DNA of 64,000 bases from the human T2T-CHM13v2.0 reference genome, Homo sapiens: the NCBI RefSeq assembly GCF_009914755.1, contig NC_060939.1, one strand, 5' to 3'. Below the pieces are notes generated by a model. It was not told the DNA's origin. It ran no database searches and saw only the letters and a program-made list of their open reading frames with translations. Shown in pieces: positions 1 through 16,599 of the stretch. The first letter of the stretch is position 1. Every line of letters starts with the position of its first letter. The translations under genes were made by a program, and so were the position numbers.

Positions 1-3259
<3,259 letters not shown>

Positions 3260-3479
3260 CTCCTCGTGATGTTACTTGCACATTGAGCCAATTCTCAATC
3301 ACTCAGGGCCTTATGATGCAAACCCACAAGAGATAGGTCCATTTCCCCTTCCTCTTCATAGCCTTTGCCCTCTGAGAGGCTCCCAGGTGTACTCCTCAAG
3401 GAGATGGGGAAATGAAGGGTCATTTTGTTATCTGTGGTGCTTTGTATTCTCTCTGTGTTGAAGGGGTTTAATTACAAAA

Positions 3480-3890
3480 AATTGGCAGAGATTAAAACAG
3501 AAAAAGAGACAGAGAAACTTGCGGAATAGGAGGAACACAACAGGGAGAGAGAGATGGAAGGGCAGGTAACATGGGGTTGGGGAACACCAAGAAACAAAGA
3601 GGGACAGACCTCAAGGCAGAGAAGAAGGATGTTTGAGAGATAGGGGACACTGAGAAAGGAGGGTGATATTCAGAGAGGGAACACAGGGTGAGGAAAGTCA
3701 GATGAAAGGACCACAGATACAGAAAGTAAAGGAACCATCAACAAATGGAGTGAAGGAAAGCAGGCATGTACACAGAGAAACGTGATGAGAAAAACACATG
3801 CAGAGATCTCAGAAGACACATAGAGACGTGGAGGGGGGTGCAAGAGGAGAGACAAAATTAACATGGAGATAGAGGCAAAGACCCAGTGAT
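3480..3890. repeat. Purine (GA)-rich low-complexity tract
   Basis: About 400 bp strongly skewed to A/G on the + strand (gagacagagaaa, gggagagagagatggaaggg); no clear periodic unit. Confidence 0.5.
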
Positions 3891-4440
3891 AGAAATCCTT
3901 CCACCTTAGGATTAATCAATGCCAAGAAGGTGTGATTGTTTAAAAGAATCATGGGTTAAGAAGTTTATTTTTTCTAAATGTTTTTATTTTAAAAAAAAAT
4001 GTGTGACAGACAACCAGGGGTAAATGGAAGGGGAAGCATCTGCTATAGATAGAAGAGTCACTGTCAAAATCACAGTTGAAATTACCTCTTTAGATTACAG
4101 GGAAATCATGGTTAGACATTCAGTGAATACCCATTGACGCTATGTGCTGAAATATTACAGTAATATTAACAGGATGAGTTATAAGTTGCTTGAAAATAAA
4201 TGTGCTAAAAGGAGTCACTTCCCTTTGTTTATGAAAATAGCTTTAAACTTGAATGTGAATATTTCCTTCTGTTGCTCTGATATCTGGGAAACTTCATTTT
4301 GTAGCTGCTGGTACAGTGGCCGCCCAAGGAAGCAACTCATGGTGCACCGTGGGGGGCTGTTAGGAGTGGGACCCAGTGGGTGTTCATCAGGGCCCTGCTG
4401 CTGGCCAGTGCCTAAACCATGTCAATCTCATGGTTTTTAG

Positions 4441-4609
4441 TGGAAACAATCGCACAGCTGCCCCCATCACCCTGCCTATAGAAGAAGTCCTGCAGACCCT
4501 ACAGGACTTGATCGCCTACTTCCAGCCCCCAGAGGAGGAGATGCGACATGAAGACAAGCAGAACAAGCTCCGCTCACTCAAAAACAGACAAAATCTTTTC
4601 AAGGAAGAG
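4441..4609 (+). CDS. RYR3: RYR3 coding exon (probably exon 13), 169 nt, N-terminal domain/solenoid
   Basis: ttttag|TGGAAAC...GAAGAG|gtaagt; (S)[56 protein letters not shown], RyR3-type sequence; phase 2 to 0. Confidence 0.96.
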
Positions 4610-5972
4610 GTAAGTCGAAAAATGAAAAGTTGAAATTCACTTAGTGTCCAGAGCTAGAATATCCCTGTGACTACAACTTAGCTTTGTCTTTCTGCATGCA
4701 CGTGTTTATGAGAGAGCCAGAGGACAAGAGAGATTTGGAAGCTGGGAAATTGGAAGCCAACCTTCCCTGTCCACCAAACCTGGTTACATTAGCAATGGCT
4801 GGCACGTTCAAACCAGATTACATTTTAAAGCTTCAGTGCCACATGTGTATCAAATATACATTTTCAGTAAATTTCAGCTGTGAGAGCATGACATTGGCTG
4901 TGATTCCCAAGTTTTGGGAAACGTTAGAATTACCTGGGAAACCTGTTTGAAAAATACAGATGCCTGGATTCTACCACATTGAGAATACCTGAGAAGCTGG
5001 TTTAAAAGACACAGAAGACGCTGTCTTATGTCAGAATTGAGCATCTGAGTCACTGGGAGTGGGGCCTGACCATGAGGAAAATATCAGCTTGGGGCTTAAG
5101 ACACCCAGGACCTCATTCTGGTTCCATCTCCAGCTGTGTGTGACCACAGACAAGCCACAAGCCTTTTCCAGACTCGGAGATGTGATGATTTAGTGCCAAC
5201 AGGCCATGGTTGTACTTCTGGGCCTGCCATGCCTGGGCACAGGGCTTGTCCCTTGGGCATTTCCAAAGTTAGTGGTGTGGGATGTAAACCATCCCAGCTC
5301 AGTCTTCTGATCTAACCAGACTTTGGCCTCAGGGGCATTCTCTATGACTTAAAGGCTACTGAAATTCCATTTACCATCTCCCTCCCATGCGCTAAGAACA
5401 GCTAGCACAGATTTTTACTGGGTGGCATAGTATTTCAAATTAGCTAGAAAAGTGGTTGAAGATCCTCTTGTACTGCTATTGTCTCTAAATCCCCTTTTTT
5501 TGCAGGGGGCCGGGGGGGTGGGGAGGTAGGAAGCAAGCATGGCTGTTTTGTGCATCTGAATGGAACTTGAACTTACTTGATATTTAAGAGAAAAATAGGT
5601 ACTATATCCAGAGCTGTTTCTGGGTGAGTCAGAACCACTTCACACCAGACTGAAAGCAGGTTTTTGTGAAACTCATTCACCCTCCCTCTTCCTAAGTATG
5701 TCCTTGGATTGAGTTAAGCACGTGGGGGCAACCCGTCAGAGGAGGCTGCTGACTCACTCTCCAAATGGATGCTATTTAGGTCTCTCAGGCATAAAAATAC
5801 ATATTTTGTTTTTAGGAGGGAAAAAAAACAAACCCAACTGGCACCATGAAGGTCTATTTGCATATTGGCATTTTCAGCTTTAAAAGGTGAATGATACAGG
5901 AGGGGAAAGAGCATAAGGGATTGTGCTTTCTTAATCAGCAATGTTTACATTTTCCTCCACTCTCCTTCTCAG

Positions 5973-6108
5973 GGAATGTTGGCCCTTGTCTTAAATTGCA
6001 TTGACCGCTTAAATGTCTACAATAGCGTAGCACACTTTGCAGGGATTGCAAGGGAAGAGAGTGGCATGGCCTGGAAAGAAATTCTGAACCTCCTCTACAA
6101 ATTGCTGG
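5973..6108 (+). CDS. RYR3: RYR3 coding exon (probably exon 14), 136 nt
   Basis: ccttctcag|GGAATG...CTGG|gtaagt; [45 protein letters not shown](A); not in the ORF track, read manually; phase 0 to 1. Confidence 0.96.
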
Positions 6109-6984
6109 GTAAGTACACATACAGTGCCTTCTCCCTGGGATGATTTCCATGGGATTTCCACGTGCAATCCCAAGATTGTCTTTAACTTGCCATTAACCCT
6201 GTGATACTTGGACTGCCTCATTCCTTAGAAGTCTTTTGTTAACCATTCAATTTTAACCCAGCTGTTCATTCTGTTAACTAGTAGCAGCCAGTGGAAGCAG
6301 ATGATAATCAGTTTCCCTGTAACTACCTGGGAAACTGTTTGACAGACACCTACACTCCCTCAACCTCTATTCCTTACCTTTCATGAGGAAACGAGACTAG
6401 AACACATTTATGATGTCTTCCAGTTTTAAACTTCTGCAAAGATATCACCTGTACTTTAAGAATTGTTATTCTTTTAAATCTGTGCCCTCTCACTTGTCCA
6501 CTTGTTAGTCATGATTCTCACTGCTTTGGCCTGTAATTCATTTCATTTTGGTGAAAAGAAAAAGGTGGGAAGTAAGAATATTCCAGCAACAAGCTTATCT
6601 TCTCACAATATGGAGTGTGTAGTGAAGTTCTGATGCCTGCTACAACAGGTTCCATCCAATAGGCCTAGGCCACCCGCCTATGGGTGGGAGGCAGAGAGAA
6701 GACAGTATGAGCCTGTGCAAGAAGGCGGCCACCAGGAGTTGCTCAGACACTGTGATAAGCTAGTACTTTAGGGCTTTGCTCTGAAGTGTGTGTCCCACTG
6801 AGAGGAAATCTATCATAGAAAGTTCACTAGGCCAGAATGGAGCCCAGAGAAATCAGTCCGGACCTATTCCCCAGCTTAGGGTTGAGGCTGATTGGATTAC
6901 CACAGTACTGATCAATTGCCACTGTATGACCCTGTAAAGTGTCTTCAAACTCTAGTGTTTTGTATTGACCCAGTAGGCATGATT

Positions 6985-7210
6985 TTAACAATAATACCTA
7001 ACAATTATTGATCTCTTTGTGAGCGGTGAAATATCGCTTTTGAACTCCAGAGCAACACTTTAAGGGTCAGTTATTATTATTACTGTCATTTCACTGATGA
7101 TGAAACTGACGTACATAGATGCTCATAACCCAAGGTTACACATCTAGTAACTGATGGAGCTATGGCTTGAGACCCAGCAGTCTAACTCCAGGACTCTTAT
7201 GCTTAACTTC
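6985..7210 (-). mobile_element. MIR SINE relic
   Basis: gatgaaactga...cccaaggttacacatctagtaa...gacccagcagtctaactccag is the reverse complement of the MIR core. Confidence 0.7.
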
Positions 7211-7523
7211 CTTGCTGCAACTGATCTGAAAAGGAGGTTAGGAGCTCAGACTTGAATTGTGTCCTTTACTGACTGAAGATGCAAAGCTGAGGCCCTAGAG
7301 GAGGCCTTTCTTTATCCTAAATTTGCCATGTATCAGCCTCAGTGAAATTCCAATTCAAACCTATCATGTGAAGGGCAAGCTACTTGGGGGCGAATCAATT
7401 TACATGGACTTGTTCCAGATTTGCGTCTACTCTTTTTGCCCTGTGGAGAGAAGGTTATTTGGTGTAGATTGGTAAAACTCAAATGACAGCATATTTTCTC
7501 CCTCTCTCTGCAGTATCATCTGC

Positions 7524-7701
7524 CAGTGGCTTTCAAGTAGGAACAGACATCAGGATCAGCTGGAGAGCTGGTTACAATACAGATGCCGAGGCCCACCCCC
7601 AGAGTTTCTAAATCAGTAAAGCTGGATGAGGCCTGAGAATTTGAGTTTTTAACAAATTCTTAGGTGATGCTGATCCAGGGACCATGACTCAAGAACCACT
7701 G
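7524..7701. mobile_element. MER5A-like hAT-Charlie MITE
   Basis: Termini CAGTGG...CCACTG; internal cccacccccagagtttctaaatcagta...ggcctgagaattt...ggtgatgctgat typical of MER5A. Confidence 0.75.
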
Positions 7702-8074
7702 TCAAATAGGGATATATTTTAGATATTTTATAGTTACATGTTGCTATTATTCATCCATTAGTGTATAGCCAACCTTTCCAGCTGTGTTCACTGGGATGCC
7801 TTCCTTTAGCGCTGAAGATTAATAAATCTGTAGCTAAATTTAAGAAAACATTGCAAGAAGTTGAGTTCTTAAGTCAGTAACCAAGCCAATATTAAATTCT
7901 TGCTTATCACTATCTGAAGTAATTTCATTACCTTATGCATTTATTGTCTCCATTGCCTACTTGATGAAGGCAGGGAATCTCCCTCCCTTTCTCATTGCTC
8001 TAGTCTGAACAACTGGACCGGTGTTTGGTACATAGCAGACTCTCTGGAAATACTTGTAAAGTGAGTCAATACTA

Positions 8075-8713
<639 letters not shown>

Positions 8714-8859
8714 AATTGTGTCAAAGGGCTAGATAGGGTGAGATTGGCATTCAGTTCCTTTTAGTTGCTAAGCAAGTGAAGTATTCGACAGCTTTCCAAG
8801 TTCTCATGCCCATCATTATATCCTTTAACCTCTATGATCAAACATCTCCTTGTTTGCAG

Positions 8860-8955
8860 CTGCTCTCATTCGCGGAAACAGAAACAATTGCGCTCAATTC
8901 TCCAATAACCTTGATTGGCTCATCAGTAAATTGGACAGACTAGAATCTTCCTCAG
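8860..8955 (+). CDS. RYR3: RYR3 coding exon (probably exon 15), 96 nt
   Basis: gtttgcag|CTGCTCTC...TCAG|gtgaga; (A)[31 protein letters not shown](G); phase 1 to 1. Confidence 0.96.
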
Positions 8956-10462
8956 GTGAGAATTGACAGGAAACTATAACTAGAAAAGATGAAGGGTTTT
9001 TTTTTTCTTTCTGTAAAAAAAGAAAACAAAGTTGAATCTTTTCCAATGGATTGCAAACAATCCTCAAATCATACTTCAAAATTAAAAAGAAATAGTCTTC
9101 AAGCTTCCTGGCACCTGTACGACTTTATTTAACAACTCTAACCCAGACTTCAACAATCCTTCCTTTTTAAATTTTTTACTCTGTGCCTTCATTGTTATTC
9201 CGTGCCTTCATTTTTAATCCTCGGGTCCATTAATCACCCCCCACCCCCACCTCACCCACCCAGTGATCCTGGTCTCCTTCTAACTCCCATTATATTCTTA
9301 TTCTCTGGGTTTTTAAACCCTTTTCAATGGTGCCCAAACTATTTCTTACAGTCTAAAAGCGGGAGTGAAGAATGACAGGGATGAGAGGAAAAATGATCCC
9401 CACTCACCCTCTCTCCCGTGACTCACCCTTCACATCATATCTATAGTCCTCCTTCATGACTTACGGAGAATCTGAGCCAAGAGTGTGGTCATCATTGGGA
9501 AGTGACCATGCTGCAGGGCTTAGCAGTTTGCTTCCTCCGAGATGAGTAAACATGGCAGGTATACGCCCCTCAAGGGGAAGCTGAAGGGTTTTGATGCTTT
9601 TCTCGCAGTGTAGAAATGACAGGTGCTTTAACAGACCGGCCAAGAGAGGTTCCCCCAAGGATCATCCACCTACACACGTCTTCCTAAGCCTCTTTTTTCT
9701 TCAGTGCCTCGGTCTCATGGGCTAGATTACATTTCAGGCTAACTTATGAAAACATTGAGAAAAAAACAGAATCAAAAGAAATTTTCCTAATAAAACTAAT
9801 TAAGCTATTAGCCAGCTACTTCCCTTGAATTTCAATCATGATATTACCGTGTATGTGCCAGGCTGCAGAGGCACTAGTTTTTCTTAAGCCTTCACTTATA
9901 TAACCTATCCAGTGTGCCAAAAGAAAGGGGGAAAAGCCAAATAGACTTTATTGTCTGAGCTTACAATTTGTTTGATACATGAGTAGACCTAAAATAAAAA
10001 TAATTTCTAGGGTAGTTCCTAGAAAAATTCTTATTTGGGAGAAACTCAGAATATTTTCCAAATTACTTGAATGACCTTTAGAATTTATAGTAAACTGGAC
10101 GTCTTCTCTTGTATCTATTTTTAAATGAAGTATTATGTGGTTTGATCAAATGAAAAATTTTATTTTATAGCTGCTTCTCTGTATTTTGACACACAAAGAT
10201 CGTGTCTTTGTCCAGGAAGCGGGAGATAGGGTTTGTGCCGAATTAAAATCACCAGTAAATTACAGACTGGTTGGCCCCCAGGGGGCTCTGAAGTCTACCG
10301 GAAATGATGCATTTTTTTTCTGGCTGGAAAGATTTGATAGATTCAAAGAATTGACGATATCCTGTCCCCTCAGGAAGGACTGTTCATACTCAGGTTTCTA
10401 AATTGTGGTCACTTCTGCAGGGCATTTAATGTCCAAATTTGATGTTTGTGGCATTCATGTAG

Positions 10463-10581
10463 GTATCTTGGAAGTTTTGCACTGCATCTTAACTGAAAGC
10501 CCAGAAGCCTTAAATCTGATAGCGGAGGGCCACATCAAGTCGATCATCTCCCTGTTGGATAAGCACGGGCGGAATCACAAG
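10463..10581 (+). CDS. RYR3: RYR3 coding exon (probably exon 16), 119 nt
   Basis: catgtag|GTATC...CACAAG|gtaggt; [40 protein letters not shown]; phase 1 to 0. Confidence 0.96.
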
Positions 10582-12918
10582 GTAGGTGTGGAAAGAACGG
10601 TGATTGACTTTGCCTGGTGTTTCCCTCCCCAATGTTCATGACCATTGTGTTTTACTGAGAGCATGTTGATTAGTCTTTCTTGACTTTGATAAAAATCTTG
10701 GGAAACTGGAAAAAAGACTTTCCCCGCATACAAGCACTCTCCAAGCTGGGCAGCCACACTGGACTTCGGATGGTGCCGTGGGTTTCCAACAGCTCCCCAG
10801 TCGCTGCTCATTATCATTAACCCTTAACACCAGCTCACTGTGGGACACTCAGTAGGCCCTGTCTGCACATGGCCAACCGTATGGGACTGGCTTTCACCCT
10901 AGGATCCAGGAACTTCGTAGTGAAACAGCTTATAACAAGCTGTATAGAAAAGGTATGAAGAAATCAGATTTAAAACAGTGTAGAAAGTCTTAGCAACATG
11001 GTTTGTTATTAAACAAAATCAGATTTACTATGAGTGAAACCAAATGAAGTAAATGAATCTGTGCGTGTGCAAGCAGAACTGAAGCCACTGGTCCTTCCCT
11101 TTTATACAAAGCAGCTATATGAGCTGGGGCCTCAGTTATGTCATCTGTAAAATGGTGACAAGGGCATCTCACTAAGTGGAATGCTATATCATTTTTTTGA
11201 GATCTCTTATAGTTCTAACATCTCTATTTTTATGAAGTTATATCTCTAAAACACAGTGATCTGTGGGGAAAGTCTACTAAAATATGGGGAGTTTTTTTTC
11301 CTGACCCTTCAACATCTGCACACACGGGGACTATCGTGCTAATTAGTGGCCAGACGCGATATTCAACGGCTCAGGAGGTGTATTTCAGAGCAGATGGCAT
11401 GATGGGACATGTGGGACTGCAGCTGTGCTTCTACAGAGTGGGGAGAAGCAGGCTTCGTCACTGGCAGTCTCTGCTTGTCATCATCTGGGGGGACTGCGTA
11501 TTTGAGACAGCTCAGTGTGTCCGGGAGATTGAGACTCGGCAGCATAGACTGTATGACATGCATCAGCCGTGGGCAGCAGAAAGCCATGGTCCTTAGCATG
11601 TGGGAAATTGTTTGACAAATAATAAAAAGAAATACATGGGATCTGAAATCGCTTTTCCAAATGCAGCAAATCAAAGGCAAACATGAAGCTTCCGCTTCAG
11701 TCCAGATTCTCTGCGTTCCAACATGTTCCTTCCTGTCTGCGAAGTGTAATGAGAATAATCAATAGGCACCTGAGCAACACGTGCTAGGAGCCACGGGCTA
11801 TGTGCAAATGTCAGAGAAGCCTTTTGACAGGAAAGCTGCTCTCGTCTCATTGCCCCAGAGGTTTCTTTATTATTAGAACACATAGTGTACTTAATAAATA
11901 ACCAACTTTGTTGTGGCTTCTTTCAGCCAAAAGCCACAAAGCATTTGATGCATGTCACTTGGTGGCAAGTTGATTACTATTCTACCCATTCCACAGTTGA
12001 GAAAACTGAGGCCCACCAAGCTGAAGTATTTTGCTAGAAATCAATGCCTGATCTGATATGTTATCAGAGTAGCCTTTAATCTTCTAGAACCAAGACATTG
12101 TTAGAGAAATTCTGGTAATGTAAAAGTTGAAGCAATGTGATCTTGGTACATAAGAGTCTTTTCAAAGACGTTCCTTTTCCATCTTTGGATAGATTTTTGG
12201 GTAAAGGTTTGTCATGAATTCAGATCCTTCCTTAGGTACTATTCCATTGGATAGCTTTCATTTTCAAAGAGAAAAAACAGGTTCAAACCATCACTAATGT
12301 ATTTGTGGTCATTTTGCAAAGAATGTGCTGAGTGGAGGCCAGACTTCCATTGCAACACTTCATCTTTGCTTGGAAAATGCCAAGGTCATGTTTTTCTCTC
12401 CAGGCTGCATTGTTGTCTCCAGTCCTAGAATTTCAGGAGTCTCTGACTAATCCACTTAGTTTTCGGTGAAGACAATGACTCAAAATATGCAGAATTTTAA
12501 AGCCACAAGGGACCTCAGAAGTCTTCCCACAAGAGCAACAACAGTAATGATAACCAGCATTTATTTTGCACTTAACAAATGCCAGTTATTGCTGTCAGTG
12601 TTCATGTGTATCTTATTCAGTTCTCATTACGACCTTATGACATAGCATCATTATTATTTGTACATGACAGTGGCAGAAAGAAGGCCGGAGCCTGGGTCCT
12701 TAGACGTTAAGCAGTTTCCCAGGAGCCACACAGCTAATTAATGACAGACTAGGAGCAGAAGTTGAATATTCTTTCCAGTGTTTCTCAAGCTGCAGCCTGT
12801 GAACATGTTCTTTAGAATCCAAATGCTCTGTGAGAATATATTTAATTTTGTGATTTTAGTTTTATAATTATCTAAATACAAAACTTTTGCAGTGAAAAAT
12901 TCACCCTAGAAAGCATTT

Positions 12919-15140
12919 CCTTTGCTTTTTTTATTTATAAAAAAATAAGGGGTACAAGTGCAATTTTGTTACCTGGATATATTGTGTAGTGCTGATGTCT
13001 GGGTTTTTATTGTAACCCCAACCCAAATAATGTACATTGTACTCATTAAGCAATTTCTCATCATTTACCCCCTCCCACACTTCCAAGTTGCCAACACCTA
13101 TCACTCCACTCTCTATGTCCGCATCTCCACATTATTTAGCTCCCACTTATAAGTGAGAATATGCAGTATTTGACATTCTGTATTTGAATTATTTCACTTA
13201 AAATTATAGCTTCCAGTTCCATCTATGTTGCTGCAAAAATCTGATTTCATTCTTTTTTTATGACTGAACAGTATTCCATTGTGTGTGTGTGTGTATATAA
13301 ACCACATTTTCTAATCTTCCATTGATGGATATGTACGTTCGTTCCATGTCTTTGCTATTGTGAATAGGGCTGTGATAAACATACAAATGCAGATATCTTT
13401 TTGATATAGCAATTTATTTTCCTTTGGGTAGATACCCAGTAGTGGGATTGCTGGATCAAAAATGGTAGATCTATTTTTAGTTCTTTGAGAAATCTCCATA
13501 CTGTTATCCATAGGGGTTGTACTAATTTACATTCCTACCAACGTGTATAAGCATTCCCTTTTCTCTGTATCCTCACCGACATTTATTATGTTTTAATCTT
13601 TTCAATAATGGCCATCCTGACTAGTGTTAAGATGACATCTCATAGTGGTTTTAGTTTGCACTTCGCTGATGATTAGTGACGCTGAGCATTTTTTCATATG
13701 CTTGTTGGCCATTCGTGTGTCTTCGTTTGAAAAATGTCCATGTCCTTTGCTCACTTTTTAATGGGATTATTTGTTTTGTGTTGTTGTTGAGTTGTTTGAG
13801 TTCCCTGTAAATTCTGGGTATTAGTCCTTTGTTGGATGCATAGTTGGCAGATATTTTCTCCTATTCTATAGGTTTTCTGTTCACTCTATTGATTATTTAT
13901 TTTGCTTTGCAGAGCTTTTTAATTTAATTAAGTCCCATTTATCTATTTTTTGTTTTTGTTGCTTGTGCTTCTGACGTCTTAGTCATAAATTCTTTGCCTA
14001 GACCAGTGTCCAGAAGAATTTTCCCTAGATTTACTTCTAGGATTTTCATAGTTTCAGGACTTACACTTAAGTCTTTAACTATATCTTGAGTTGATTTTTG
14101 TATTTAGTGAAAGAGAGGGATCCCATTTTCATTCTTCTGCATATGGCAATCCAAAGTTGCCAGCACTGTTTGTTGAAAAGGGTGTCCTTTCCATGGTGTA
14201 TGTTCTTGTTGACTTTGTCAGAAATCAGTTGGCTATAGCTATGTGGCTTTATTTCTAAGTTCTCTATTCTGTTCCATTGATCCATGTGTCTATTTTTATA
14301 CCAGTACCATGCTATTTTGCTTACTATAGCCTTGTAGTATAATTTGAGGTCAAGTAATTGTGTCATGTGTGTCCGTGTGAAGAGACCACCAAACAGGCTT
14401 TGTGTGAGCAACAAAGCTGTTGATTTCACCTGGGTGCAGGTGGGCTAAGTTCGAAAAGAGAGTCAGTGAAGAGAGATAGGGGTGGGGCCATTTTATAGGA
14501 TTTGGGTGGGTAGTGGAAAATTACAGTCAAAGGGGGTTGTTCTCTTGTGGGCAGGGGCGGGGGTCACAAGGTGCTCCGTGGGGGAGCTTCTGAGCTAGGA
14601 GAAGGAATTTCACAAGGTTAATCTCTCAGTTAAGGTGGGGCAGGAACAAATCACAATGGTGGAATGTCATCGGTTAAGGCAGGAACCGGCCATTTTCACT
14701 TCTTTTGTGATTCTTCACTTGCTTCAGGCCATCTGGACATATACGTGCAGGTCTCAGGGGATACGTTGGCTTAGCTTGGGCTCAGAGGCCTGAAGGTAAT
14801 GTGGTGCCTCCAGCTTTGTTATTTTTGCTCAGGATTGTCTGGGCTACTCAGGTTCTTTTTTGGTTACATATGAATTTTAGGATTGTTTTTTCTAATTCTG
14901 TGAATGACACTGGTATTTTGATAGGGATTGTATTGAATCTATAGATTTCTTTGGGCAGTATGGTCATTTCAAAGATATTCATTCTTCTTCTGATCCATGA
15001 GCATGGGATGTTTTTCCATTTTGTGTCATCTGCAATTTCTTTCATCAGTGTTTCGTAATTTTTTTTAGAGGTCTTTCACCTCCTTGGTTAAATATTTTCA
15101 TAGGGTTTTTTTTTTTTGGCAGCTATTGTAAATGGGATTG
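12919..15140 (-). mobile_element. 5'-truncated old L1 (L1PB/L1MA-like), interrupted by LTR7B
   Basis: T-rich tail and L1 3'UTR at the left end; minus-strand ORF2 remnants ([15 protein letters not shown]...[21 protein letters not shown]); TSD-like pair cctagaaagcattt (12905-12918) / cctcgaaggcattt (15141-15154). Confidence 0.9.
14359..14795 (-). mobile_element. Solo HERV-H LTR (LTR7B-like)
   Basis: Minus strand reads caggcctctgagcccaagctaagcc...cacaaaagaagtgaaaatggccggttcctgccttaac...gtttggtggtctcttcacacggac...tgaca; 5-bp TSD GTAAT at 14354-14358 and 14796-14800. Confidence 0.92.
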
Positions 15141-15674
15141 CCTCGAAGGCATTTTCATATAATAAGTTAGTGTTTCGCAGACTGGAATTGGAGAGCTCCT
15201 ATGGGTTCATGAAGGTAGCCTTCAGGATATGACATTTTTCCTTTAAATATAATTTTACATCTCATAGGTTTGAGATGTAAAAATTCTTCCTGTACCTTGC
15301 CACTTCCAATCATATGCTTAGAATTGAGACTACATATAATGGTAGCAATTATTATACCTTTACTTCTTTGCTAAAATATTTAAGTTGTTAGCTTTGTCCC
15401 TTTCATGGAAATAACTGCCACTCATCAAAAGCATGATCAGATTTGAGGTCAAAAAGTTATAGGGGAAGAACACAGTCTTTGGAGTGAAAAAGACAGGAGT
15501 GTGTTGCAGTGCCCACTCCATATTTTCTGAATGCACTTTACCCTTTGACCTCTCAATGATTTCACTCTTGTGGATCCTTCAATAGCTCCTCACTTCCTAC
15601 TTTTCCAGGACTCATCAAAATTCTTCTCTGGTCAATTAAAAAATCAATGAAAAATTCTTGTCTGCTCTTTAAAA

Positions 15675-15935
15675 CTTAGTTCAAACGCCACTTCCTCCAT
15701 GAATCTTTTTCTGATTCCAGTTGGAATTGGTCTCCTCTCTTATGATTTGTTCTCTGCTGTAATAATTGTTCCAATCTGCCTTCTATTATAGTTATTTTTT
15801 CACATCTATTTCTCTTACATCTGTAAGTTCCTCTGTGGTAGGGACTGTCTTTGTAATCCTCATAGCGCCAAGCTAAGATGTTGTACATGGCAAGCATTCA
15901 TACATGTTTGTTGAAGGTTTAATAAATGAATAAAA
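15675..15935 (+). mobile_element. L2 3' end relic
   Basis: gtaagttcctctgtggtagggactgtctt...catgtttgttgaa...aatgaat resembles the L2 terminus. Confidence 0.6.
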
Positions 15936-16599
15936 GGAACAAATGAGTGAGCCAGAATCTACTCCTGTCTCACCTTGAACTAATAACACACTATGTTAGT
16001 AGCACTGATTGTGTTATTTGGTAAAAAGAATAACTGATGAAAATTCTAACAGTCACTGTAGTTTTTCCAGAGTAAGATTCTGCTAATATAAATAATGTAT
16101 GCATTTTCTACTTGCCCCTGAAGCTGCCTTACTCCAAACCTGCTCAAAGTTGCCATAGATAAATATTTTTTATTATCTTCTTTGTTTTGCAAGGATTTGG
16201 GTCTACCTTTGAGAAAAATATATGATAAAATAGTAATATCATTGATTCTCAGAAAGTATAAATCAGGAATCAAAGGTTTAGCCTGGAGGGGCTGAATAGC
16301 AGCCATTTCTCAAATATAGGACTTGACATAAAAATCTCAGAAAAAATATAGTTAGCATTTGTTTGATCAGACTGCTTTTACAGATGAAAGCTGTGACAAA
16401 AATGCAGCAGCCAAACAGTGTTTCCGTAGGTATTTATCTTCAAAGTATAATTCCCATATAAGCTTGTGTTTGGGATAGACAGTAATAGAGATAAAAAGCA
16501 AAATGAGAGGCTCTCTAATGAAATGTGGTATCAGTGATGAGAATGAAAACCAGAAACAAATGAACCCCACAAATGGGCCATTGATTAGGGAGGCCTAAC

